Shown here: positions 51,394 through 61,392 of the stretch, piece by piece
Numbering within the stretch: the stretch's first letter is position 1
How the letters are laid out: each line of letters opens with the position of its first letter
NCBI GenBank assembly: GCA_016208745.1
Contig: JACQXN010000020.1
Location: 9,062-73,061 of the forward strand
Direction: 5' to 3'
Length of the DNA stretch: 64,000 bases
From: Candidatus Portnoybacteria bacterium
Lineage (GTDB): Bacteria; Patescibacteriota; Minisyncoccia; Portnoybacterales; GWB1-42-6
Translations under genes and position numbers: made by a program
Notes under the pieces: model-generated
What the model was told of the DNA's origin: nothing
Seen by the model: only the letters and a program-made list of their open reading frames with translations
Databases searched by the model: none

Positions 51394-52749
51394 ATGAAAA
51401 AAATTTATTTAATTCCAATTTATATCCTCTGTGTAAGCCTAATCTTTTCGCCGCTTAATTTCTTGTTGGCGGCCGATAAAGTTGATTTGGCCGGATACGC
51501 AATGAGCCGTTTGAGCGGTCTGTCTTTTGGCTTGTTTAATCAAGACCAAAATCAGTCAGAAGAACTAATCTTGTTAGACGGGGATATCTCTGAAGAATTT
51601 TCCTTGCTTTCGCCCGGCGCGCCATTTGGCCCCAATCTTATTAAAAATCCCTCGCTGGAGACAGCCGGCCTTTTAAGCGGTTTGCCGGAGTTTTGGTCCC
51701 ACGGAAGTTGGGACAAAAATAATCCAGTTCCAAGCTACCCGGTTTCTGGATTTGACGAAGAAAGAGCGGTTAGGATAGATATTGATAAATACGTTGGCGG
51801 AGACAGCAAATGGTATTTTGAAGACGTGGAGATTGCCGCTGGCAAGCATTATCTTTTTTCGGATTCATTTAAGTCTACAATTCCCAGCGTTTTAACTGCC
51901 AGATTCCTTTTAGCCGATAATACTTATCGATATTTTGATGTTGCTAATTTGCCTGCTTCATTTATTTGGCAGACAGCCTCGCAAATGATAACCGCGCCTT
52001 ATAACGCAAAATCGCTGACAATTTTCCATTCAATAAGAGGTAATGGTTCGTTGACTACTGATAACTTTTCTTTAAGAGAAATACCGGTCAGCGGCGGATT
52101 TTCTCAAGGTTTTGTTTCTTTGGATTTTGATGATGGTTGGGCGCTTACCTATAAAAACGCTTTGCCGATTTTAAACAAAGCGGGTCTAAAAAGCACGCAG
52201 AGCATAATCAGCGGTAGCATAAAAGATTGGCATTATGTTAATAAATCTCAGATTTTAGATATGCAAAATTCCGGACACGAAATTGCTTCGCATACAAAAA
52301 CGCACGCAGACTTAACTCGATTTTCAGCGAGCCGGGTGAAAGATGAAGTAGCCGGCTCAAAGAAAGCTTTATTATCGCTTGGCGTGGAGGCAATCAATTC
52401 ATTTGTGTATGCTCACGGAAAATACAATAACCAAGCAGAGGAAGCCGTAAAGGATGCTGGCTTCATAAATGCAAGAACCATTGATATTGGTTACAATACA
52501 AAAACATCCAATCCATATTTATTGAAAAGTCAGGTAATCGCATTAAACACTAGTTTTGATGAAGTAAAATTCTGGATTGACAGAGCGATTGCCGATAAAA
52601 CTTGGGTGATTTTGGTTTTTCATCAGATAGATTATAGCGGTCAAACATATAGCGCTACCCCAGAAATGTTGCAGCAAATTGTTGATTATCTAGTTTTACA
52701 GAATGTTTCGGTTTTGACCAATTCGCAAGGCGCGGCATTGCTTGAATAG
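51394..52749 (+). CDS. Secreted CBM-like + CE4 polysaccharide deacetylase
   Basis: Signal peptide; NLIKNPSLE domain; FDDG, SHTKTH, LVFH. Confidence 0.9.
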   Translation: MKKIYLIPIYILCVSLIFSPLNFLLAADKVDLAGYAMSRLSGLSFGLFNQDQNQSEELILLDGDISEEFSLLSPGAPFGPNLIKNPSLETAGLLSGLPEFWSHGSWDKNNPVPSYPVSGFDEERAVRIDIDKYVGGDSKWYFEDVEIAAGKHYLFSDSFKSTIPSVLTARFLLADNTYRYFDVANLPASFIWQTASQMITAPYNAKSLTIFHSIRGNGSLTTDNFSLREIPVSGGFSQGFVSLDFDDGWALTYKNALPILNKAGLKSTQSIISGSIKDWHYVNKSQILDMQNSGHEIASHTKTHADLTRFSASRVKDEVAGSKKALLSLGVEAINSFVYAHGKYNNQAEEAVKDAGFINARTIDIGYNTKTSNPYLLKSQVIALNTSFDEVKFWIDRAIADKTWVILVFHQIDYSGQTYSATPEMLQQIVDYLVLQNVSVLTNSQGAALLE

Positions 52750-52779
52750 TTTTTGAATTGAATCATAGGCTCTGTTATT

Positions 52780-52849
52780 TGTCATTCCCGCGAAAGCGGG
52801 AATCCAGGCTCTTTTTTGAATCTAGATTCCCGCTTTCGCGGGAATGACA
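52780..52849. repeat. Family B palindrome (cleanest copy)
   Basis: TGTCATTCCCGCGAAAGCGGGAATCC...GATTCCCGCTTTCGCGGGAATGACA. Confidence 0.92.
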
Positions 52850-52923
52850 AGACTGAGTATTATGTAATTCAAGCAGGAAGTTTTTTAAAAACAAAATAAA
52901 ACAAAAACATAAGGAGGCAAAAG

Positions 52924-54162
52924 ATGAAAGCAAGATTGAACGGTGTTTTTTTGGTGGCTTGTGCGGTTTTTTTCTTATTAACCTTAACCAGCGCGAGTTT
53001 CGCGTATGAACTGCCAAAGATGGTCGGCATTACCTGTGATGACGGGCAAGCCGATTCTTTGGAAAGAATGCTGTCTGTCACGATCCCTCTTGGGCTCAAG
53101 GTTGACCTTTTTTTGGTTACTGATTTCCTTGATGAAGGGGATTGGTCTATTGACTGGGCCAGGGCGAAAGAGCTCCAAACTCTTTATCCCGGCCTAGTTA
53201 AAATCAATAGTCACTCAAGGACTCATCCCTACTTTACGTCGCTTACCAATGCGCGATTGATTGATGAGACGCGCGGCTCAAAGCTTCAGTTCTCGGCTCA
53301 CGGCATTAATACAGATGACATGGGGATCGCCACGCCGTATGGCGACTTCAACCTTAAGGTCTTGTCTTTTGTGGCAAGATATTATCCTTGGCATCGGGCG
53401 GCTTGGGATTATGATGGTGATGGCGTGATCAACAAATGGCCTTTAAATGATTGTCAGTTGGAGATCTTTGAGCCGACACCGAATATGCCGGGCGAAGAAG
53501 TGATTGCCCGGGTCCAAGAAGACATAGCGCAAGGTGGACTTCCATTGCTTTTATTCCACGAATTTACGCCGGCTGGCGTTGTGCCGGGAGATTGGCAATA
53601 TCCAATTGAGGAATTCAAAAAAATTGTAAATTGGATTGCCGCAAACAGTGACACGATTAAATCTGTCACGATTTCGGAGGCACTGCATCTAACCGACGCC
53701 CCAAATTTGGTGAAAAACTATTCTTTTACTAACCGGAATGTTAATGGTTGGGCGAAGAATTGGTCGCGGAGCGGCGCGGGAGTTACGATCAATACGGCTC
53801 ACCAGGGCAATTTTCCTGAATTTACAAACAGCTTGCGAATTGTCGGTGGTTCTGTGGAGCGCAAAGCCTGGAACGATCAGGTGCCAGTGGATGAGGGCTC
53901 CGAATACATTATCAAGATGTATCAGAGCTGCCAGAATTGGGTCGCGGGCGGTTGGTGCGTCTGGGTTGATGAATTTAACTTAGACGGATATTATATTGGC
54001 GGCCAACGGTTAGGAGGCAACTACTGGAACTTCGTTGGCTGGCGGTATTATCAATATCAGCCTTCACCCGGAACCGCCAAAGCTTCTATCCAACCTTATG
54101 TAGAGGCGGGCAGTCGGTTGACTCTGTTCGTTGATTCAGTGGAGATGAGGAAGCTGCCATAG
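52924..54162 (+). CDS. Secreted CE4 polysaccharide deacetylase + CBM-like domain
   Basis: Signal peptide; CDDG, SHSRTH, ATPYG, LLFH; NLVKNYSF domain. Confidence 0.88.
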   Translation: MKARLNGVFLVACAVFFLLTLTSASFAYELPKMVGITCDDGQADSLERMLSVTIPLGLKVDLFLVTDFLDEGDWSIDWARAKELQTLYPGLVKINSHSRTHPYFTSLTNARLIDETRGSKLQFSAHGINTDDMGIATPYGDFNLKVLSFVARYYPWHRAAWDYDGDGVINKWPLNDCQLEIFEPTPNMPGEEVIARVQEDIAQGGLPLLLFHEFTPAGVVPGDWQYPIEEFKKIVNWIAANSDTIKSVTISEALHLTDAPNLVKNYSFTNRNVNGWAKNWSRSGAGVTINTAHQGNFPEFTNSLRIVGGSVERKAWNDQVPVDEGSEYIIKMYQSCQNWVAGGWCVWVDEFNLDGYYIGGQRLGGNYWNFVGWRYYQYQPSPGTAKASIQPYVEAGSRLTLFVDSVEMRKLP

Positions 54163-54170
54163 ATAATTAT

Positions 54171-54293
54171 TTCCCCCTTTATAAAAGGGGGATTCAGGGG
54201 GATTTTTAAAATCCCTCCCAGCCTCCTTTTTTCAAGGGAGGAGTAAGAAAACAAATACACCCGACGCAAAATAAAGCGTCGGGTTTTTAATTT
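54171..54293. repeat. Family A repeat plus terminator (ACCCGACGC/GCGTCGGGT-T5)
   Basis: Same block recurs at 55635-55720. Confidence 0.85.
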
Positions 54294-54397
54294 TAGCAGC
54301 ACAAAAAACTTGACAACATTATTGTTGTGTGTTAGATTGGTTGATTCAAAGAGTGAGGAGAAATTCCTTAAAAACAAAACAAAAACGGAGGTAAAAA

Positions 54398-55621
54398 ATG
54401 GAAACAAGAAAGGTAGTAAGTATTTGGATGATTATTTTAGCGGTAACTTTTATGGTAACCGCGAATTCGGCCGCTTATGAGCCGCCGGCCAAGTGTACAA
54501 TCTTTTTTGATGATGGTCAGAGGTCAATTTATGACATCGCCTTGCCTATAATGGCGGCGAGAAACCTTAAGGCCGTAATTTGCCCTAGGGCCGATTGGAT
54601 GGGTTTGGGAGAAGGCTGGGTGATGAACTGGGAAGAGGTCTCGACTCTGAAGACGCAATATAAGTGGGAAGTTACCAGCCATGGAATAGACCATCCAGAT
54701 TTCACCACATTGTCAGACCCGGATCTGGAATGGCAGATGATAGGTTCCAAGGATGCATTTGCCGACCACAATATTATTGTTAGGGGCATCGCAACGCCTT
54801 TTGGTGCTTACAATGGCAAGGTTTTGTCGGCTATCGCCAGAAACTATTTTTGGCATCGCACAGCAGACGCAGGGGTGGATTCTTGGCCCTATAATGACTA
54901 TATGCTTAAGGTTATAGAGCCAAAAAGGGACACGCCGCCTGAAGATGTAATTACGCAACTTCAGGACGCCTTTGCTCAAGGCCAATGGCCTAAGCTTTTG
55001 TTTCACAATCTCGTGGATGGGGTGCCGTTGGATTATCAATACAACTCGGCGGACTTCGCCCAGATTATGGACTTTATCCAAGCAGAGAGAGACCGGGGAG
55101 CCGTTAAGGTTGTGACGGTTACGCAAGGTTTGAGGTTGCCTGCTGGCAACAACTTGGTGCCAAACAGCAGCTTTGAGAATTTAAAACCCAACGGTTGGCC
55201 AAAAAATTGGTGGCTGAATGATGGGGCTGATTCAAGCAAAGTCTTCTTGGACAACGCTAATCACGGTAATTTTCCAAAGCCGAAAAACTCCATCAAGATT
55301 ATTGGTGATGCTCTGCCGCAAGGCATCCAATCAGCCAAAATCGCAGTCAGCAGTAATTCTGAGTATATCGTCAAGATGTTTCAGAATGTTCAAGATCTTG
55401 TTGCTGGTGGTTGGAGCGTCCATGTAGACGAATTTGACTCATCTGGCGCTTATATCGGGACTCGGTGCCTTGGCAACAACTGGGATAATTTCTTTGACTG
55501 CCGGTATTATGAATATCAGCCATCTGTCAAAGCCGTGAAAACGGCTATCATAATTTCAACTTGGGAAAACAGCGAGTTGACGCTACGTGTTGACTCGGTT
55601 GAATTCCGGAGATTAAATTAG
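54398..55621 (+). CDS. Secreted CE4 deacetylase + CBM-like domain, paralog of 52924-54162
   Basis: FDDG, SHGIDH, GIATPFG, LLFH; shared HGNFP, VAGGW...VDEF, VDSVE. Confidence 0.88.
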   Translation: METRKVVSIWMIILAVTFMVTANSAAYEPPAKCTIFFDDGQRSIYDIALPIMAARNLKAVICPRADWMGLGEGWVMNWEEVSTLKTQYKWEVTSHGIDHPDFTTLSDPDLEWQMIGSKDAFADHNIIVRGIATPFGAYNGKVLSAIARNYFWHRTADAGVDSWPYNDYMLKVIEPKRDTPPEDVITQLQDAFAQGQWPKLLFHNLVDGVPLDYQYNSADFAQIMDFIQAERDRGAVKVVTVTQGLRLPAGNNLVPNSSFENLKPNGWPKNWWLNDGADSSKVFLDNANHGNFPKPKNSIKIIGDALPQGIQSAKIAVSSNSEYIVKMFQNVQDLVAGGWSVHVDEFDSSGAYIGTRCLGNNWDNFFDCRYYEYQPSVKAVKTAIIISTWENSELTLRVDSVEFRRLN

Positions 55622-55743
55622 CAAAAAGGGGAATAAATCCACCCCACCCCTCCTTTTTCAAAGGAGGGAGTAAAAAAACAAATATACCCGGCGCAAAGCA
55701 ATGCGTCGGGTTTTTAATTTGTCCGGCCTTTATTTTCAGGAAG

Positions 55744-55796
55744 TTATCCACAATAAACTTTTGACGTCTTGACAGCATTTTACTATTTGCTAAACT
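55744..55796 (+). promoter_or_regulatory. DnaA-box consensus plus sigma70 promoter
   Basis: TTATCCACA 55744-55752; TTGACA-16-TAAACT. Confidence 0.55.
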
Positions 55797-55867
55797 AATA
55801 TAACGCCTTAAAAAGGCGCTAAAAAACCATAGATTAAAATTAGAAAACAAAATTAGAATTTAGATTT

Positions 55868-56137
55868 AAACCACCTACGGAGGGTAGCGAGAATCGTAAT
55901 GCAAGAGCCCGATAAGCTCACACATTACATACTGATTGACTAGAAGGGTGGTTTTTTTATTTTCTCGTCAAAAATTTCAAGTGTTAACGCAGAAATTTTT
56001 GTAACGAGAAAATAACCCCGCATTTATTCTTACCAAAGGGCAAGAAGACCAGTAAACGAAGGCGCAGGTCTCAAGGCCGGAGCCGTTTCGCGCAATAATA
56101 CAGAAATAGATAAACTTGGCTGGAATAAGTGCGGGGT
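55868..56137 (+). ncRNA. Conserved structured leader, copy 1
   Basis: Three stems shared, with compensatory changes, with 62948-63202. Confidence 0.72.
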
Positions 56138-56321
56138 TGAAAACAGAATTTATTGTCCGCATACCCGCCGTCGCCAAGGCTTTGGCGGGCAGGCGCGGGA
56201 GATTCTTCTCCGTCCGCAAATGCGGACGGAGAAGAATGACAGAAGAAAGTTAATCCAAATTTTAACATCCGATTGTTAATCTGGCGCATAGGGGGCGAAG
56301 TTCTATAAATAATTTTTTTAT

Positions 56322-56394
56322 AAATCCCTCCCAACCTCCCCTAAAGGGGAGGAGTAAAAAATTCCCCTCCTTTAGGAGGGGTTAGGGGAGATTT
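56322..56394. repeat. Family A repeat
   Basis: TTCCCCTCCTTTAGGAGGGGTTAGGGGAGATTT identical at 61489-61521. Confidence 0.85.
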
Positions 56395-56548
56395 AGTAAA
56401 AGGTCGACATTGCCTGCTTTCCGCTTTTAGCGGTTTTCTGCCAAAAGCAGGGCAGTGAACTAGCACATTTTAAAAATAAAGGCAGAAAACAGATATTAAC
56501 GAATTGCGGATTAACGAATTTTAACGCGTTAGTTCGTTAATTCATAAA

Positions 56549-57412
56549 ATGATACAAAAATCTATGAAAAAAGTTTTCGTTACCTTAACAGTTTTATCGT
56601 TAATGGTATTGACGGCGGCTCCTGCTTTGGCTGGTCATCGTCCTTCAAGACACCAAATGCCAGCTAATGACAGCGATATCACAATTAATATTGATAATGA
56701 GGCGACTGTTACCAACATCGTTTCTGTCGGAGCTTACACCGGCGGCAATACCTCTAAAGGCGATGACGGCGGCGACGGCGGCGACAGCGGCGAAGCAGAA
56801 GTTGAAGGAGCTAAAGGCACTGCCACTTCCGGCGACGGCGGCGACGGCGGCGACGGCGGCAATGGCGGCACAATCACCTCTGGTGATGCAGATGCGAGCG
56901 CCTATATTGCTAACGTAGTTAATACCAATTTGACTTCAGTTGATGCTTGCGGTTGCGAAGAAGGAGAAGAGGAAGATGGCTGTGGATGTGAAGATCCTTG
57001 CGGCTGTCAGTCTCGCTGCGGCGGCTCTCAACAAGGGGATGACTGTGGTTGCATTGATGACATCAAAGTTGACATAGAAAACAAAAAGACTGATGTTAAC
57101 AACAATGCAGGAGTTATGGCCGACACAGGTTTAAATGAATCCAAAGGCGATGACGGCGGCAATGGCGGCGACAGCGGCGAAGCAGAAGTTGAAGACCAAG
57201 ACAAAGACAGAGACAACAGATGGCATCGCGGCGGCTGCAATACTTGCGGCAGTGATTCAGAAGACAGCGAATGCTGCCCTGAAGCCACTTCAGGTGATGC
57301 AGGCGATGGCGGCGACGGCGGCAATGGTGGTGAAATCACCAGCGGCGCAGCTGCGGCTACAGCCAAAGTATTTAATCTGGTTAACACCACTGTTACCAGA
57401 GTTCGCAGATAA
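56549..57412 (+). CDS. Secreted Gly/Asp/Cys-rich protein with two TGxN...TSGxA repeats
   Basis: Signal peptide (APALA), (GGD)n tracts, CGC clusters, internal DNA duplication 56756/57143; start may be ATG 56564. Confidence 0.8.
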   Translation: MIQKSMKKVFVTLTVLSLMVLTAAPALAGHRPSRHQMPANDSDITINIDNEATVTNIVSVGAYTGGNTSKGDDGGDGGDSGEAEVEGAKGTATSGDGGDGGDGGNGGTITSGDADASAYIANVVNTNLTSVDACGCEEGEEEDGCGCEDPCGCQSRCGGSQQGDDCGCIDDIKVDIENKKTDVNNNAGVMADTGLNESKGDDGGNGGDSGEAEVEDQDKDRDNRWHRGGCNTCGSDSEDSECCPEATSGDAGDGGDGGNGGEITSGAAAATAKVFNLVNTTVTRVRR

Positions 57413-57478
57413 CTATTTTTTGCGAAACGAGCAGGAGAAGCTTTCGGGCTTCTCCTCTCGGATAAGCTCTTAATTTAT

Positions 57479-57563
57479 TTCCCCCTTTTTAAAGGGGGAT
57501 AAAGGGGGATTTAAAAAGACAAATCTAAATCCACCCCTCCCCTCCTTTAAAAAGGAGGGGAGG
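57479..57563. repeat. Family A repeat
   Basis: TCCCCCTTT-TT-AAAGGGGGA...CCCTCCTTTAAAAAGGAGGGG. Confidence 0.85.
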
Positions 57564-57737
57564 AATATCGATTGATAGCTTATGCGAGGGAAAAATGCCA
57601 GAATTTCTAATTACTCCGCCCAAGGCGGATCCGCCTCTGGCGGATAATTCAATCCCAATGCCCAATGTCAAGATTTAAAAATTAGACATTTGGGAACTAA
57701 ATATTTTATTGGAAATTAGGAATTATTTAAGAAATTT

Positions 57738-58346
57738 ATGGAGGTAAAGACGAGAAAAATTTTAAAAGTTATTTTACTTTTTTCATTAGTTTTGCCTCTG
57801 TCAGCCCAAGCGGCGTTGTTTGACGATTTTGTTAGCGGGATTGAAGATTGGGTTTCTGAACAAACAGGCAGTCAAACAAATAGTTCGGGCAATGTCCAGA
57901 TAAAAAACGAAGTAAAAGTTGAAGCTTCAACCGGCGGAAATTCTGTTGGTTCAGGCGGGGAAATTAAACAGGGCGAACAAAAAACCGAAATTGAAATAAA
58001 AAACATTATCAACGGACAGGAAATAGAGCCGGTTAATATTAATTCTTCAAGCAGCAAGGCAAAAGTGGAAATAAAAATAGAGGCCAATGATGGAAAAATT
58101 GAAGTTGAAAGAGAAATTGAAGTTGATTCGGAAAAAAGCGAGCAGAATTACCAGATTAATGCGGATAATCAAAATTCCCAAGATGATGCAAGCTCGCAAG
58201 AGTCTGCTGGCGCAGGCACAGATAGCGGCGTAGAAACGGAAAAGGAAAATATATTGGAAAAAACCGCAACAACAACTTCGGATTTCTTTTCAGCGATTTT
58301 TGAAAGCATAAAATCTTTTTTTGAAAATATATTTAGTATTTTTTAG
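57738..58346 (+). CDS. Secreted protein with one TGGN repeat
   Basis: Signal peptide (AQA); NEVKVEASTGGNS...IKQGE; amphipathic C-terminus. Confidence 0.75.
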   Translation: MEVKTRKILKVILLFSLVLPLSAQAALFDDFVSGIEDWVSEQTGSQTNSSGNVQIKNEVKVEASTGGNSVGSGGEIKQGEQKTEIEIKNIINGQEIEPVNINSSSSKAKVEIKIEANDGKIEVEREIEVDSEKSEQNYQINADNQNSQDDASSQESAGAGTDSGVETEKENILEKTATTTSDFFSAIFESIKSFFENIFSIF

Positions 58347-58377
58347 ATTCACTGAATCATAAAGCGGGCATTTTTTG

Positions 58378-58474
58378 CCTCCCCTCCTCAGATGAGGAGG
58401 GGAATTAAAGGGGTGGTGGTGACCTTAATAATTCAACACCCCACCCTACCCCTCCCCTCATCTGAGGGGAGGGA
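58378..58474. repeat. Family A repeat
   Basis: CCCCTCCTCAGATGAGGAGGGG...CCCTCCCCTCATCTGAGGGGAGGG. Confidence 0.85.
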
Positions 58475-58544
58475 AGACGCCTATTTTATAATTCAATGTT
58501 AAGCCAATATTTTAATCTAACTCCGGAGGGAAGTTATATCGGTT

Positions 58545-61349
58545 ATGAAAGCCAAACAGAGCAGGAGGGGAGATAATTGTTTTTTAACTAATTTAACTCG
58601 GGGAAAACAGAAAAACTTTATTTTAATTCCCTTACTGGTTATCAGTTTGGTGGTTTTTAATTTTCCCGCCATATCGGTTTTAGCCGAAGAAGTCCCGACT
58701 GACGCGCCAGCAGACACAACTTTAAGCCAAGATGCGCCAGCGCCTGCAGAAACTCCTGCGCCAACGGAAAATCCTGCTCCGCCGGAAGATGTGGTTATTG
58801 ACACCGGGGACGCCAATGGCGGCATTGAGGTTGAAAACTCTGTTAACACCAATATCGCCCAGCTTGGCGATCCGGCAGAAAGCCAGACAGACTGGTCAGA
58901 GCTTGAAGGAGAAGTCCAAGGACAGGCTGATGAAGCCGCTCAAACAGAGGCTGAAGAAACCGGTGAAACTGAAACTCAAGAGACCGCAGAAACTTTAGGC
59001 GACAATCCTCCAGCCGAGCCAGAAGAAGAATTGGCTCAAGGCGTTGACAATAGCAATGACGAGGAAAATAATGACGGCCAAAACACACTCGATATTACAA
59101 ATGATAATCAGGCTGATGTTGGAAACGACGTTGTTGGAGTCGGCTCAACCGGCGACAATCAAGCAGAGGGCGAAGCTTGCGACGTTGATATTAATACCGG
59201 CGCTGTCAATTTATACACCTATTTAATAAATATCGTTAACACCAATATTTTTGCCTCTGATTTCTCCCAGTTTTTGTTAAATCTTTTTGAGGGTTTGCAA
59301 GGCGATATTGATTTATCCAGCGAAATTGCTTCTTCGGCAGAAGGATGCCTAGGCGATGATTGCATAGACAATATTAATATCACCAATAATAACAACGGCA
59401 CAACGACCAACGATGTTTTGCTTGACGGCTCAAGCGGGGGAAACACCGCGCAAAGCAATGGCGGATCGGCAACTATTAACACCGGCGATGTTAATGTGGT
59501 GGCCAATGTTTTAAATATCTTAAACTCCAATATCGTTGGCGCAAACTGGACTCAATTTATCATCAATGTTTTTGGCGATTGGATGGGCGATTTGGTTTTG
59601 CCCGGCAAGGACCAGATGCAGGATCAATTTGGCAATAGCGGCTCTGCCTGCTGCGGCGATTTGTCCATTACCAATTCAAATCAAGGCCAGATAATAAATG
59701 ATGTTAGCGTTATTTCAGACACCGGTTTAAACACAACGCAAGGCGATGGCGGCTCAATTAACACCGGCGACGCGCAAGCGGATGTTAATGTTTTCAATAT
59801 CGCCAATACCAATATAACCGGCAATAATTTCTTTTTGATGAAGGTTAATAATTTTGGCGACTGGAACGGCAGTATTTTCAGTCTGCCGCCCGGATTTTTC
59901 ATTAGCCAAGACGGAATGGGCTTTGAAATTATAAACGCTGGTTCAAGCAGCGGCGTGGGAATTTCTGGCAGCGACTTAAATATCACCAACAATAACGCCG
60001 GCGCGATTATAAACAGAGTAATCATCAATGCCTTTACCGGCGGAAACACCGCTCAATCATCAGGCGGCTCTGCTTCAATTAATACCGGCGATGCCCAAGC
60101 GATAGTCAATTTGATGAATATTATGAATACCAATATCGTGGGCAATAATTTCCTTTTGGGCATGGTTAATATTTTTGGCAACTGGCAGGGCAATTTGGCC
60201 TTTGGCCGGCCAGACAACTGGATTGGTTCCTCTGCCGCCACCCTGCCTGATCCGGTCAGCCCGGGCGGCGAAATTGCCTATAACCTGGCCTACACTAACA
60301 AAGGCAATGCCGATGCGAGCAATGTTTTGGTCAAAGCCGGCTTCAATAAGGGGATTGTGGAAATCTTAAATAGCGGCGGCGGCTTTATTGACGAAGCAGC
60401 CGGCGAAATTATCTGGAATGTTGGCGATTTATCAATCGGCGAAACCGGCGCAGTTTCCTATGCTGTCCAGGTTAAAGATGATGTGCAAAATGACGTAAAA
60501 ACAATTGATACCACTTCTTCCATTTCAAGCCTTGAGAGCGACAATAACAGCCAAGACAACACAGACACTCTTTCGGTGGCTCTTTATCGCGGCAGTTCTT
60601 TGGGCGCTTTGGTTGGCGGGCCAAACGAAACTTTGCCGAATATGAAATTAACTCAAGCCAACAATGCTTATGATGGCGCCTGGCAAGGTGGCAGCATTAG
60701 TTTCTCTACCAAGCTTTTTAACGATAGTTCGGGCTCTTCTTATGACACGATTCTTTACAATAACATCCGATCAGTTTCTTCAACCGATATTCTAGACACC
60801 CAGCAATGGAATTTGGGCAAAGTTTTTCCCAATGAAGAGATAACAATTGATTTTGCCATTGTGGTTGGCGAAAATTTGCCGCCGGGCGAGTATCTAAGCT
60901 TTACCCAGGCGGCTGGCAAAGATGCTTCTGGCAACGCCAGCTATTCAACTATTGCTTCAAGCGTATTTAAAGTTGTAGAAGCTCCGGATACTGAAAATGT
61001 CGCGTCAGAAGAGGCAGCCGAGCTGAATGAAGAAGAGAATTCACAAAACAATATTGTGTCGGACATAAAAGATGTGGTTCAGGAAATATTAGCGCCTCTT
61101 AGACCAAAAACCATTAGCGCTTCGGATGAAAATGGGCCAGCAGTTGTTCGCGAAGTTTCAGCTTCAAACGAACAAGGTGGCGTTTTAGGGGATTTGCAAG
61201 AAGAGTCAAATAACAGACGCAGCTTAAATCTTTTTTCAGCGATTGGGTCTTTGGGCTGGTGGGGCTGGCTGATTATATTGGCTATCTTGGCAGCATTCTT
61301 GATTCTTCTGTTTTTGACAAAGAAAAGGAAAAAGGAAGAATCTTATTAG
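58545..61349 (+). CDS. Large surface protein: four TGxN...TGDA repeats, DUF11-like domains, C-terminal TM anchor
   Basis: Signal region; Asn-rich repeats; PGGEIAYNLAYTNKGNADA; WWGWLIIL...KKRKK tail. Confidence 0.82.
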   Translation: MKAKQSRRGDNCFLTNLTRGKQKNFILIPLLVISLVVFNFPAISVLAEEVPTDAPADTTLSQDAPAPAETPAPTENPAPPEDVVIDTGDANGGIEVENSVNTNIAQLGDPAESQTDWSELEGEVQGQADEAAQTEAEETGETETQETAETLGDNPPAEPEEELAQGVDNSNDEENNDGQNTLDITNDNQADVGNDVVGVGSTGDNQAEGEACDVDINTGAVNLYTYLINIVNTNIFASDFSQFLLNLFEGLQGDIDLSSEIASSAEGCLGDDCIDNINITNNNNGTTTNDVLLDGSSGGNTAQSNGGSATINTGDVNVVANVLNILNSNIVGANWTQFIINVFGDWMGDLVLPGKDQMQDQFGNSGSACCGDLSITNSNQGQIINDVSVISDTGLNTTQGDGGSINTGDAQADVNVFNIANTNITGNNFFLMKVNNFGDWNGSIFSLPPGFFISQDGMGFEIINAGSSSGVGISGSDLNITNNNAGAIINRVIINAFTGGNTAQSSGGSASINTGDAQAIVNLMNIMNTNIVGNNFLLGMVNIFGNWQGNLAFGRPDNWIGSSAATLPDPVSPGGEIAYNLAYTNKGNADASNVLVKAGFNKGIVEILNSGGGFIDEAAGEIIWNVGDLSIGETGAVSYAVQVKDDVQNDVKTIDTTSSISSLESDNNSQDNTDTLSVALYRGSSLGALVGGPNETLPNMKLTQANNAYDGAWQGGSISFSTKLFNDSSGSSYDTILYNNIRSVSSTDILDTQQWNLGKVFPNEEITIDFAIVVGENLPPGEYLSFTQAAGKDASGNASYSTIASSVFKVVEAPDTENVASEEAAELNEEENSQNNIVSDIKDVVQEILAPLRPKTISASDENGPAVVREVSASNEQGGVLGDLQEESNNRRSLNLFSAIGSLGWWGWLIILAILAAFLILLFLTKKRKKEESY

Positions 61350-61392
61350 TTTTTTGAGGCTGAGTTTGTCTAATAATAACTTGATTAGCCAC

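Noticed and set aside
52924-55621. Diversity-generating retroelement TR/VR pair
   Set aside because: The paralogs differ throughout rather than only at adenines, and no reverse transcriptase is present.
55744-55752. oriC
   Set aside because: A single perfect DnaA box with no cluster and no dnaA nearby.
56750-57340. Collagen-like protein
   Set aside because: The runs are short Gly-Gly-X without Pro, not extended Gly-X-Y triple-helix tracts.
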